From positions 7,678 to 31,677 of the forward strand of contig CAZVKY010000008.1 of NCBI GenBank assembly GCA_964627915.1: DNA of 24,000 bases. The letters are read 5' to 3'. The notes beneath the pieces were generated by a model. That model did no database searches. It worked only from the letters and a program-made list of their open reading frames with translations, and had not been told where the DNA came from. The DNA is from an uncultured Thermoplasmatales archaeon. GTDB taxonomy: Archaea; Thermoplasmatota; E2; DHVEG-1. The position numbers were made by a program, and so were the translations under genes. How positions within the stretch are numbered: position 1 is the stretch's first letter; every line of letters starts with the position of its first letter. This document shows, in pieces, positions 1 through 8,932 of the stretch.

Positions 1-263
1 TCCTCATGTATCGAAGAAGCCCTTTCTTAGATGGATAATGGAATATTGTTCCTACTGTACCAGACCTGACCTCCCCAAAGTTATTGTCCATTTCAATGAC
101 AAATAACTGCTCACCAATATCTCTCTCGAGGTAAATACCTCACCTCTGAAGCAAACACCGCATGGGCATCCTCAGTTTTTTTTGCTGGGGTGCCTTTGCA
201 CACCCTTTTAAAAATGATAATCTGGTTTGGATGCATTTAGCTAGTTTTTTGTAGAATCAAAAA

Positions 264-1551
264 TTATGAAATATACTGAGCAATTCGTGTGATTCCTTCT
301 CTGATTAAGCTATGATCTTGACAAAGGGGTCCATAGGACAAGCGAAGGGCATGATCCATGCTTGGTCCGAAACCCGTTCCTGGGATGAGGAGAACACTAG
401 TGTTTTTCAATACGCCCTGGATGAATGTCATTGGATTCTCAGCACTGGGAGTCGGACAACAAGTGTAGAGACCACCGTCAGGGGTTAAATACTGCATCCA
501 AGTTTTTCTTCGATCATTTCTATGAGCACCGCAGCAGTTTGTTTATACAAGGTTCTAGTGTTTTTAATATATGTTGCTAGTGATCCATCGGATAATCCAG
601 TTTCGAGATATTCTGCAGTGGCCATACTATGCAAGGTATCTGGTGAGAGAAGCATGAATTCATTGATTTTTTCCATTCCATTGACAAACGCTTTTGGTGC
701 TTCTATCCATCCCAGTCGTCTTCCCAGGCTTGACAGCCATTTTGAGTTTGAGTGAATACTGATTACATTTGGATACGTTTCCGGGGACCAAGAATAACAT
801 GGTGGTAGGTCATTAAACCAGAGTGATTTGTATGCATAGTCTAATACCAAAAATCCTTGATGATCCGTAAGTATCTCTCGAGCAGCTCTGAGAAATGAAT
901 CAGGTGGTATCTGGCTGGTAGGGTTGTCCGGAACAGGGATAACACAAATTTTTGCTCCTTGTGAACAGAATGTTTTAAGTTGTTCACATGATTTTTCTAC
1001 TTGAGCTAAATACGTCCAGTTTTCCGGATTGAGCGCAGAAACAAAATGTATTTTTGATTTAGGTAGTGCACAGGTTATAGCATTTGCATAATTTGCATAA
1101 GTTGGATCAAGCAAGCAAACATCATCTTTAGGATTAGCAAGTACTCGTAAAAGGTCATGAAAAAGCTGTGTTGAGGATTGTCCAAGAAGAATATTTTCAG
1201 TGCTTAATGGATGAACATGATATATGTTTTGTTTTGTTCGAATCGACAGAGTTGTTCCCGACAATAAGAGAGACCATTAATTGGGCTGTATCGACCGCTT
1301 TTATGAAAGAGGTTATTGTCAGCAGCAATCTTTTCATAAATTGTTCGTAATTGTTCTGGGGCAGCATGATTACACCATCCTCCACCAAAGGAGATAATCT
1401 TTTGTGGATCTAAACCCATCTGAATAATGTTATTTGGTTCCGCCATTTTCATAATGGTTTGTATTGGCAATAATTTTTGCAATCTGTTAGTTATCAGATT
1501 CGACAACAAAAGAGAGGTATTTGTTTGATGGGAATGGTTTTGTTGATTCAT
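264..1551 (-). pseudogene. Class I/II (fold-type I) PLP-dependent aminotransferase broken into three overlapping reading frames (1551-1204, 1264-485, 497-264) by two -1 frame changes
   Basis: Three consecutive minus-strand ORFs (115, 259, 77 aa) read colinearly as one aminotransferase of about 430 aa. The N-terminal part has ISFGGGWCNHAAP. The centre has LLDPTYANYA, NPTSQ, LVLDYAY and the PLP-lysine motif SNSKWLSSLGRRLGW. The C-terminal part has PDGGLY...LIPGTGFG...LRLSYG. Frame switches map to A-rich tracts on the coding strand: CAAAACAAAACA (1225-1236) and GAAGAAAAACTTGG (498-511). Confidence 0.75.
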
Positions 1552-1614
1552 GATAACTAGGTTTATCGAGAATGGTATTGTATAATATTTCGGAAAAAAA
1601 GGATGTTGAATTTT

Positions 1615-3495
1615 TTAGAGTATTTTATAAAGCATTCGTTCAGTTGAAAGCGTTGCTTCTCCATTACTCCAAGCAGTCACCTCTAAATGATACCGACCAA
1701 GACTCAAACTATTCCATTGCCATTGAAACGGTGCTGTTTCATCAGTATGTTCCTTGGTTCCATCAACGAAGAAAACAACCTTTTCTATTGGCTCGGAAAA
1801 ATCACCATTGATGGTAGTATTAATGGTAATAGGACCAACTACCATAGTAGTTGGGTATTTGTAGAAATCCCAGTAAATAATATGAATGAATTGTTCCTGA
1901 TCAAAAACATAAAGACTATCTTCTGCGGGACGGGTAATCACAATTGCTTGATTTGCATGTTCTTGGCCTACTGTTTTATAATCAATCCCTTGCTGTAGAG
2001 GACCAGAATAGCGGTTTGAGGAAAAAATTGATTGATTGGTATCCCAATGTTCATGTACTCCCAGACTTTGAGAAAGATATGTTCCATCATCCTCAGGATC
2101 ATATGTATCGGTTAATGGTTCAGCTGCTTGATGCAGATAATTCTGCGAACCCTCAATGGGTATGGGGCCTTCGGTATGAAGAAAATCATACATGACAGAG
2201 TCAATAGCCACTGGATCCTGACTGAAAAAGAGACTGTTGGTCCAGTCATCATTGAATGGATACATGTGAAACCAGGTGATGGTGCGATGATCCCGCAGGG
2301 TTGCATAGAGTCCATCACCGAGGAACAGGAGTGTTTTTTGCCCTATCTCATGGTGAGCAAAAAGATCTGTTTGTGGTGCAGCATTTCCCATGATTTGTCC
2401 GGATTTATGATAGGGATGAAGTTTAATGACCGGCTCTATGAAGGTGCCAAACATATTTTTTCCTGAAAGAGTGACTCCATGATTAATAGGATGTTGTTTT
2501 AATATTGGCATGTTGATGAGATAATCTGCATCGACCACACATTGTGGTAATGTTCGAATGAGGCCATCAGAAAAATGAATGGTTACATTACTTGCTTCTG
2601 CTCGGGTTCTTCCGGGTGCATCTCCTTTTTTATCTACATAGTTAACAGTGGGATACTCTGTTACTATTTGATCGTAAAACCAGTCCGGCATTGGTCGAGA
2701 GACATCATAGACAGTAATATCTGAGGGATTCACTCCGGCAACTGATACCAGTTGATTGATTAGGCTTTTCACAACCATTGGATGGGCATCTCGTTGGTTG
2801 TCTTTTGCTTGGTAATCATCAATGAAATCAAATGGATTATAACAGTTGTTAAGATTTACTTTGATAGCGATTTTTTCACCAGATTGATAACCTTTTGGTT
2901 CATTGTTTCGTTTGCTATTAAATGAGGTGAAGAGTGCATTCCATGCAGCTTCATCTGATGGTTGATCGGTAAGTGATTTTACTCCTTGAGATATCATGGT
3001 TTGGATTACTTGTTGATCATTATTTTGTTCATACCACCAGTACCCGTCGAGTTCTTGTTCAGTTGCATCAGGATCCCAGACCCAGACAACTCGACCGGGA
3101 TTGATACCTTGTCCATTCCCTATTGGTTCTTTTGGAAGAGGAGTCCATGGTTCATATGATATGTCACGTGTTTGATGGGAAGCTGCAAAACCAATACCGC
3201 TTATCGTTGAGACAAAAAGAACGATGATGAGTAAAACTGGGGTTAATGCAGCCGTTTTTGTTTTTACCTTGTGCATCCAGTGGAATAATCCATAGATCAT
3301 TGCGGTCCAAAATGCGATATATCCAAAGGAAATGGGTATTGCTACTTGTTGACATGGATATTGTGATCGATGAGGTGCAGGAAGGACTCGAACGATAAAC
3401 CAAAGAAAACAAATGATTCCTGCAATATGAAAAAAGATTCCTTTCGCATGTTTCAACTTATGAAAAAACCGGTGTTTCCAACATGTCTTTTTCAT
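1615..3495 (-). CDS. Membrane-anchored DUF362-like protein with a C-terminal Ig-like beta-sandwich
   Basis: 626-aa ORF. The N-terminal ~110 aa hold three hydrophobic helices (IFFHIAGIICFLWFIV, ISFGYIAFWTAMIYGLF, LTPVLLIIVLFVSTISGIGFAA). The central region carries motifs I associate with DUF362 (GEKIAIKVNLNN; INMPILKQHPINHGVTLSGKNMFG). The last ~90 aa (VVFFVDGTKEHTDETAPFQWQWNS...YHLEVTAWSNGE) resemble an Ig-like domain. Family call is from memory, not a search. Confidence 0.6.
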   Translation of the reverse strand: MKKTCWKHRFFHKLKHAKGIFFHIAGIICFLWFIVRVLPAPHRSQYPCQQVAIPISFGYIAFWTAMIYGLFHWMHKVKTKTAALTPVLLIIVLFVSTISGIGFAASHQTRDISYEPWTPLPKEPIGNGQGINPGRVVWVWDPDATEQELDGYWWYEQNNDQQVIQTMISQGVKSLTDQPSDEAAWNALFTSFNSKRNNEPKGYQSGEKIAIKVNLNNCYNPFDFIDDYQAKDNQRDAHPMVVKSLINQLVSVAGVNPSDITVYDVSRPMPDWFYDQIVTEYPTVNYVDKKGDAPGRTRAEASNVTIHFSDGLIRTLPQCVVDADYLINMPILKQHPINHGVTLSGKNMFGTFIEPVIKLHPYHKSGQIMGNAAPQTDLFAHHEIGQKTLLFLGDGLYATLRDHRTITWFHMYPFNDDWTNSLFFSQDPVAIDSVMYDFLHTEGPIPIEGSQNYLHQAAEPLTDTYDPEDDGTYLSQSLGVHEHWDTNQSIFSSNRYSGPLQQGIDYKTVGQEHANQAIVITRPAEDSLYVFDQEQFIHIIYWDFYKYPTTMVVGPITINTTINGDFSEPIEKVVFFVDGTKEHTDETAPFQWQWNSLSLGRYHLEVTAWSNGEATLSTERMLYKIL

Positions 3496-3566
3496 AGGTC
3501 CCCATCCTAATATAGAATCCTCTTGTTTTTAAATGTTACTCTTCTATTTTATGTTGAGGATTTTTT

Positions 3567-4238
3567 TTAGATGACCCCTGTTTCTTTCATGCTCACATAG
3601 GTTTCTTTGCCGATGACTACATGATCAAGGACGGTGATTCCTAAGAGGTCACCTGCGTTTACCAGGTTTTTGGTAACCACTTCATCTTCTTTACTTGGCG
3701 TTGGATCTCCACTTGGATGATTGTGGACAAGGATAATTGAATTGGCACTTGATTGAATTGCTTTTTTAAAAACCTCTCTTGGATGAATAAGAGATGCATT
3801 GAGGGTTCCTTTTGATACTAATTGATCTGCGATAACATGATTTTTGGTGTTGAGATAGAGGCTATGGAAATGTTCTTTTTGTTTGTCTTGCAGTTGATCG
3901 ACGTATCGGTTGAACACATCTTCTGCACTGGTGATTTTTTGTTTATATCCTTGTTTTTTAAGTTTGTTTGTTCGCCGGAATATCTCAAACATGGCTATGA
4001 TCCGCATTGTTTTGATTTCATCTTGTAATTGCGTGTTTATCTCTTGGAATGAGAGTGCGGAAAGTTTGTAGAAATGAGCTTTTTTTAAAATCCGGTTTGA
4101 TACATCAATAGCGTTTTCCTTTTTGTTTCCTCTTCCAAAAATGATTGCTAAGAGTTCCGCGTCTGATAAGTTAGTAGCACCTTGTGTTTTTAGTCGTGTA
4201 TTCGGTCGTGTGTATCGGGGCATCTCATAGATTTTCAT
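3567..4238 (-). CDS. radC: RadC-like JAB/MPN-domain protein (UPF0758 family) with an N-terminal helix-hairpin-helix region
   Basis: 223-aa ORF. It has the canonical JAB metal-binding motif HNHPSGDPTPSKEDEVVT and the N-terminal LSDAELLAIIFGRG typical of RadC/YeeS-type proteins. Confidence 0.9.
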   Translation of the reverse strand: MKIYEMPRYTRPNTRLKTQGATNLSDAELLAIIFGRGNKKENAIDVSNRILKKAHFYKLSALSFQEINTQLQDEIKTMRIIAMFEIFRRTNKLKKQGYKQKITSAEDVFNRYVDQLQDKQKEHFHSLYLNTKNHVIADQLVSKGTLNASLIHPREVFKKAIQSSANSIILVHNHPSGDPTPSKEDEVVTKNLVNAGDLLGITVLDHVVIGKETYVSMKETGVI

Positions 4239-4364
4239 GGAAGTTGTGAATATGTTATCATTTTTATAATTTATCGTATATCTTAATTATTCTTATTATA
4301 AAATAGGTGTCCGATTCAAATAAAATCAGCAGAAAAAGAAGTGAAAAAAAGTCAAACTAAGAGC

Positions 4365-4559
4365 TTAAATTTTTCGAAGAGCAGAAATGTTTTCAAAGGC
4401 AATATGGTGTTCTTTTTCGCCGCTGTTAAAAAGTATTTTTTTCTGATCATAGTCAATAAAGGTGATTACACCAAAATGCACATGAGCAAACTGTTCATTA
4501 TTCTCTTTTGTAAGAAGTTTGCAGTGAACGTTTTTATATCTTTCGAGGAATGAATTCAT
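4365..4559 (-). CDS. Hypothetical 64-aa protein, downstream member of a coupled micro-ORF pair
   Basis: Its ATG (4559-4557) overlaps the TGA (4558-4556) of the upstream 35-codon ORF in an ATGA junction. Composition is mixed and protein-like, whereas the competing plus-strand ORF 4341-4553 is F/K-rich and low-complexity. No recognisable motif. Confidence 0.45.
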   Translation of the reverse strand: MNSFLERYKNVHCKLLTKENNEQFAHVHFGVITFIDYDQKKILFNSGEKEHHIAFENISALRKI

Positions 4560-4663
4560 TGATTTTCACTTCCCTTTGCGGAGGTTTTTCTTTTTTCTAT
4601 TTCACCTCTGTGTTTGATATAATACAGCCAATTATCTACCGGTTTTTCATGGTCTTTTTTCAT
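4556..4663 (-). CDS. Hypothetical 35-aa protein (MKKDHEKPVDNWLYYIKHRGEIEKRKTSAKGSENQ), not in the ORF track
   Basis: ATG at 4663 is preceded by GGTGAGATGA, with the GGTGA Shine-Dalgarno core 5 nt upstream. This is the same SD type seen before psmA and other genes here. Its stop overlaps the start of the 64-aa ORF. Confidence 0.35.
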   Translation of the reverse strand: MKKDHEKPVDNWLYYIKHRGEIEKRKTSAKGSENQ

Positions 4664-4808
4664 TCATCTCACCATATCGTGTTACTTTCTAGCACTGACA
4701 TTATTTAAAACCGTGGTGAGAAACTATCAAAATCAAAAAAATACCAAAAAAGAAAAATAGATAGAAGATAAGAGTTGACAAAAACAAAAAAAGCAAAAGG
4801 ATACTACA

Positions 4809-5198
4809 TTATTCTGTGTCCTGTTCCACATCCTCAGCTTTCTTTACTTTTTTCAAGGTCACATTAATGATGTCGCCGTATTTCCAGTTTCGGGAAAGAA
4901 AATCGATTTCTGATTCAACATGAACCAGGCGTCTAGGATCATATTGTTTATTTCCCTTAAAAAGAGGTGGCATCACTTGTTTCATCATTTGAGAAAGCTG
5001 TTGTTGAAGCTCAGGTGGAAAAGGATTCCCATTGGGACCGACTCCACTAATCTGAATAGGGGGCTGATCATTGTTTTGTTCATGATGATACTCAATTCTA
5101 TCAACTGGTTCCATCATCACCTCAACATAACCCTTTTTATGTTCACTTGGTTTAATCGCCTTAATTTGATAAGGGATTGTAATGTTGTCTTCTACCAT
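4809..5198 (-). CDS. Hypothetical 129-aa protein with a central Q/P/N-rich linker
   Basis: I trimmed the 198-aa track ORF to the internal ATG at 5198 (MVEDNITIPYQ...). The upstream 69 codons are hydrophobic low-complexity and would collide with the divergent HAD gene. No family recognised. Confidence 0.45.
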   Translation of the reverse strand: MVEDNITIPYQIKAIKPSEHKKGYVEVMMEPVDRIEYHHEQNNDQPPIQISGVGPNGNPFPPELQQQLSQMMKQVMPPLFKGNKQYDPRRLVHVESEIDFLSRNWKYGDIINVTLKKVKKAEDVEQDTE

Positions 5199-5319
5199 AT
5201 CACTACTTCCAAAGATAAGATAAAGAACAGTTATAAGAATCTTTTTGATAATATGGAGGAAAAGAAAAACTTCAAAATCACAAAAACAAAAAAAGAGAGA
5301 CGTGTTTAAAGGATGGAAC

Positions 5320-5964
5320 ATGGTAAAAATCATTTCATTTGATTTAGATGGAACGCTTACAAAGCCTGATTTTGGTGATTTGGTTTGGTTAGAAGGTTTA
5401 CCCAAAGCCTATGCAAATGAAAAAAATATCGCCTTGTCAAAAGCAAAAAAACAATTAATCCAGGCATATGATGCAATTGGAAATACAAAAAGGGAATGGT
5501 ATGATCTTTCTTATTGGATAAAAAAACTCCATCTGTCAATCCAACCCCGAGATTTATTAAACCGGTATAAAGATAAGATCAAAGCATATCCCGAAGCAGT
5601 ATCCGTGGTATCAAATCTTTCTAAAAGCTACCCATTGATTATCAGTTCAAGTGCCATGAAAGAGTTTATTTCTATTGAGTTAAGCCAAAGCAATATGAAT
5701 TCTTATTTTTCAAATGTTTTTTCATCAACATCAGATACCGACACCGTTAAAAAAAATCCTTCTTTTTATAAAATGATCTGCTCCAGGCTTAATATTTCCA
5801 CCAATGACCTGATTCATGTTGGTGATTCAAAACGTTTAGATTATGAATCCCCTAGAAAAATAGGTATCACATCCTTTTATTTACAGCGTAATAAGCAGAG
5901 TGAAAAACAATTTTATGTTAGTTCATTAAAGGAATTTGAGAACAAAATAATTCAACAGCATTGA
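5320..5964 (+). CDS. HAD-superfamily hydrolase/phosphatase
   Basis: From the internal ATG at 5320 the protein begins MVKIISFDLDGTLTKPDF (motif I, DxDxT). The conserved Ser is in LIISSS. The C-terminal motif is HVGDSKRLDYESPRKIG. The 25 upstream codons in the track ORF are K/R-rich and overlap the divergent promoter region. Confidence 0.8.
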   Translation: MVKIISFDLDGTLTKPDFGDLVWLEGLPKAYANEKNIALSKAKKQLIQAYDAIGNTKREWYDLSYWIKKLHLSIQPRDLLNRYKDKIKAYPEAVSVVSNLSKSYPLIISSSAMKEFISIELSQSNMNSYFSNVFSSTSDTDTVKKNPSFYKMICSRLNISTNDLIHVGDSKRLDYESPRKIGITSFYLQRNKQSEKQFYVSSLKEFENKIIQQH

Positions 5965-6009
5965 ATGAGTCTGTTAAACACGTAATTGAAGTTTATCATT
6001 CTCCTTTAT

Positions 6010-6957
6010 TTAAGTATTTAATTCATCTGCGAGCCAGAGCACATTACGAAAATAAATGTCCTGAGCGCGAAGATTACCGACCGTAAATTCTGCATGAATC
6101 GGTGAAAGAACAACCCGTCCTCTATGATATGTAGTAGCAATAATTGCTTTTTTGTATCTTATATTGTTATCATAGGGTTCATCAGGACGTCTAAATGAAG
6201 CAATGGTATGAACCTTTGACATAAACAGAGTGTTTACCATTGGTCCATCGACCAGAGGAGCATTTCCAAGCATAATCCGCATACTTGATCCCATATAGGG
6301 CTGCTGGATAGGGATCGTGTTTTCCTTAAAATGAATTCTTCCTCTTGAAAGCGGAAGTTTTGAGATGAATTGAACCATATCTAATGCAGTAAAAAACCGG
6401 GGATTCTGTATGATATTTCGAAGAGCAGATGCATCAGTATATACGTTTGCTAACCCTAACATTGGTGAGAGTTCTGAAAAACCAAGAAGTTTACTCATGA
6501 GGGTATTATATCGCCAATTCAGTTTTTCAACTCCTAATGATCCGAAGGTGGAATCTCCGCATATACCATAGAATCCCCCTCCTTTTCGAACAAAACGTCT
6601 CAACTGAATTCGATATAACAGTGGTGTATGCCATCCTCCTACTCCACCAGGGGCAATCACCACATCAATATTTTTTCTGAGAAGTAACCCTCTTTGTACA
6701 TCACCACCATTCCAACTATCCCAGAACTCATAGATTCTCACTCTTACATCATGAGTTGATGCACCATGTTTCAAGCGAATTTTATGTAACAAAGTAGATA
6801 AAGCCGAGGTTAAAGATTTATCAAAAAAATCCCATTCCTGTCTAATAATTGCAATTTTTATAGTTGGTTTTCTGGTGAAAAAACCAGATGAAACTGGAAT
6901 AAGATTGGGGAGGAGAAGAATGAGAATGATACAAAGAATTGAAAGGAAACCTCTCAT
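6010..6957 (-). CDS. Exported or membrane-anchored class-I glutamine-amidotransferase-like (BPL_N-like) protein
   Basis: 315 aa with an N-terminal signal/anchor (MRGFLSILCIILILLLPNLIPVSSG). The segment DVVIAPGGVGGW...FVRKGGGFYGICGDSTFG matches the PGG...GGxYxGICxG nucleophile-elbow pattern of GATase1/BPL_N folds. Assignment is from memory. Confidence 0.5.
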   Translation of the reverse strand: MRGFLSILCIILILLLPNLIPVSSGFFTRKPTIKIAIIRQEWDFFDKSLTSALSTLLHKIRLKHGASTHDVRVRIYEFWDSWNGGDVQRGLLLRKNIDVVIAPGGVGGWHTPLLYRIQLRRFVRKGGGFYGICGDSTFGSLGVEKLNWRYNTLMSKLLGFSELSPMLGLANVYTDASALRNIIQNPRFFTALDMVQFISKLPLSRGRIHFKENTIPIQQPYMGSSMRIMLGNAPLVDGPMVNTLFMSKVHTIASFRRPDEPYDNNIRYKKAIIATTYHRGRVVLSPIHAEFTVGNLRAQDIYFRNVLWLADELNT

Positions 6958-7274
6958 GGAAACGCCTTGTTATAGAATTATGAGACCAAGTTTATTAAAA
7001 TTTTCCCATTAGACCAGGAAATTCCGATATAAAACCTTGTTTATCTGTTTTTTTAGTGAACTTGTAGAATATCAAATATTGATTTGTTGTTCTTAGCAAT
7101 AATCCTTTTTCGATCATCTCATCAATGATTTAATATAGTAAAAATCCTATTCTTTTGAATGATTACTAGTGATGGGCTAGGGATGATGAGAGGGCTGATA
7201 CATTGTTTAAGGGAAAAATCATCCGTTCAGAAAAATATCAAATGGTTTGCTTTGGTCTGGGTATGTGAATAATC

Positions 7275-8882
7275 ATGAATGATGAACCATCTATCGTGAA
7301 AGAAATGAGAGAACAAGATGACTGTAAACTCGAAAATCCAATTAATTCTAATGACAAGAGTATTCAACAAATAAAGAAAGAAAAAAATGGATCCAAAATC
7401 AATGAATCTTCAGTATTAATCTCAAATCAAGACAGTGGGATCGAAACAGAATTATATAAAAAATTAGTGGAGAATCTTCTTGAAGGAATTGTAATTCTTG
7501 ATTTTAAAGGAAATGTGTTATATGCAAATCAAGCAATGACTCATCTTTTTGGTTTTGATTCAACAGAGGAAGCCGCTGATAAAAATGCATTAGATTTTAT
7601 TGATCCGAAGTACCATAAACGAGTTATTCGTGACCAACTTCTGGTTCGATTTGGAAAAGGTGGATTTCTTAGTACGTATCAAGGAATCAAAAAAAATGGA
7701 GAAAAAATTTGGATCGAAGGATTAGGATGTAAAATCAAATATGATAATAAATCGGCGAATGTGGTGTTCATCCGTGATATTACTCCCAGAAGAAAGACAT
7801 GGGAGAAATTAATCAATTTGGAAAAAAAATATCGAGCTATCGCAGAAATGTCTGCTGACGGAATTATTACCATTGATCCCTTAGGAAAACTCACTTATTC
7901 TAACCCCTCCTTTCAAAAGATGGTAGGCCCCTCAAATGAGAAACTTTTCTCCGGGCTTTTCAGAGATTTCCTTTCAGATGATACCATTTATCTTTTTCAA
8001 CAGATTTTCATGGAATCAAGAAAAAAAGATAAAAAAATCGAACATGTTGAACTCGAATTATTAGACGATAATAATGAAATCATCCCTATTGAACTCAGTA
8101 TTTCACCATTAAAAACAAATGAATCATTCACTGGTTTTGTCTGTACTATTCATGATGTTATTGAACGAAAACAAATGGAACAAGAGATTAAAAAATCTGA
8201 GCAGTTAAAAACAGAGTTCATGAATATTGCCGCTCATGAATTAAAATCACCGGTTACTCCTATTAAGGGATATTTAGATTTGATTATCTCAGATGCAGAA
8301 ACAAATCAACAAACAAAGAAATGGGCACAGGTCAGCCTTCGCAATGCTGAACGATTACTTCTTCTGGTCAATGATATTTTGGATGTTTCACGTCTTGATA
8401 GTGATACTATGAAATTTGAAATGAGAAAGATGTCCTCTGAAAAACTCCTTAAGGATATTGCTGAAGATTTGAAACCATCCATTGAACAAAAGAATTTGCA
8501 ACTTCATGTCGATATCCCAAAGAATCTTCCACCAATACTTGGTGATGCGCATCGATTAACCCAGGTTATTAGAAACTTACTTGTCAACGCCATTAAATTC
8601 ACTGATAAAGGATCAATTTCTTTATCAGGCAAAGTAATTGAGGATAGGCTTGTTATTTCTGTTGAGGATACCGGTGTTGGAATAAAAAAAGAAGATTTAA
8701 CAAAGATATTCCAAAAATTTTACCAGGCAGATACCGCGGACAGCAGGAAACAGGAAGGAACAGGGTTAGGATTGTTTATTTGTAAACAAATCATGAAAAA
8801 ACATCAGGGCGATATTACGGTGGAAAGTGAACCTGGAAAGGGAAGTTGTTTCACCATTACAATCCCAGTTATTACTCATTGA
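7275..8882 (+). CDS. Soluble sensor histidine kinase (two PAS domains, HisKA, HATPase_c)
   Basis: 535 aa. PAS-like segments are LLEGIVILDFKGNVLYANQAMTHLFGF and SADGIITIDPLGKLTYSNPSFQKMVG. Kinase boxes are H-box AAHELKSPVTPIKGY, N-box LLVNAIKFT, G1 VEDTGVGI and G2 GTGLGLFICK. No hydrophobic helices are evident. Confidence 0.9.
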   Translation: MNDEPSIVKEMREQDDCKLENPINSNDKSIQQIKKEKNGSKINESSVLISNQDSGIETELYKKLVENLLEGIVILDFKGNVLYANQAMTHLFGFDSTEEAADKNALDFIDPKYHKRVIRDQLLVRFGKGGFLSTYQGIKKNGEKIWIEGLGCKIKYDNKSANVVFIRDITPRRKTWEKLINLEKKYRAIAEMSADGIITIDPLGKLTYSNPSFQKMVGPSNEKLFSGLFRDFLSDDTIYLFQQIFMESRKKDKKIEHVELELLDDNNEIIPIELSISPLKTNESFTGFVCTIHDVIERKQMEQEIKKSEQLKTEFMNIAAHELKSPVTPIKGYLDLIISDAETNQQTKKWAQVSLRNAERLLLLVNDILDVSRLDSDTMKFEMRKMSSEKLLKDIAEDLKPSIEQKNLQLHVDIPKNLPPILGDAHRLTQVIRNLLVNAIKFTDKGSISLSGKVIEDRLVISVEDTGVGIKKEDLTKIFQKFYQADTADSRKQEGTGLGLFICKQIMKKHQGDITVESEPGKGSCFTITIPVITH

Positions 8883-8932
8883 TTTAAATGAAAAATGAGT
8901 TCCTTGTTTCAGAGAAGGAAAAATAGATTTTT

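Noticed and set aside
1-139. Minus-strand reading frame open from 139 and running off the left edge (ATG at 91; ...MDNNFGEVRSGTVGTIFHYPSKKGLLRYMR)
   Set aside because: Only 30-46 codons are visible. No recognisable motif, and no usable SD at proper spacing for the ATG. A GAGGTGAGG lies upstream but only an ATT codon follows it in frame. Too little evidence to call a gene.
264-1551. Programmed ribosomal frameshifting as the explanation for the split aminotransferase
   Set aside because: Two separate -1 events would be needed. Neither site has a canonical X-XXY-YYZ slippery heptamer with a downstream structure that I can see. Decay or sequencing error is simpler.
522-3412. Track ORFs 522-755(+), 1168-1350(+), 1197-1388(-), 1572-1811(+), 1687-1998(+), 1944-2195(+), 2112-2318(-), 2128-2466(+), 3164-3412(-)
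   Set aside because: All lie inside or antisense to the aminotransferase and DUF362-like genes. They have low-complexity or odd composition and no translation signals.
4341-4553. Plus-strand 70-aa ORF (GTG start) overlapping the 64-aa minus ORF
   Set aside because: F/K/I-rich low-complexity product typical of the antisense of an A/T-rich gene. No SD is present. The minus-strand alternative has SD-led, ATGA-coupled organisation.
5199-5405. N-terminal extensions of track ORFs 4809-5405(-) and 5245-5964(+), plus ORFs 4920-5309(+) and 5357-5539(-)
   Set aside because: The extensions overlap each other across what is better read as a divergent promoter. The HAD motif I begins right after the internal ATG at 5320. 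The remaining ORFs are antisense shadows.
7159-7200. Box C/D-like words (ATGATTA, GATGATGA, CTGA) in the kinase upstream region
   Set aside because: CTGA follows the GATGATGA box after only 5 nt, and no D' or D box lies at the 12-nt spacing. The geometry is incompatible with an archaeal C/D sRNA.
7159-7272. 37-codon upstream ORF ending 2 nt before the histidine kinase ATG
   Set aside because: No SD-like sequence, unremarkable composition and no way to test conservation here. It might be a uORF but is not supportable.
7679-7894. Minus-strand 71-aa ORF inside the histidine kinase gene
   Set aside because: Antisense shadow of a well-supported gene.
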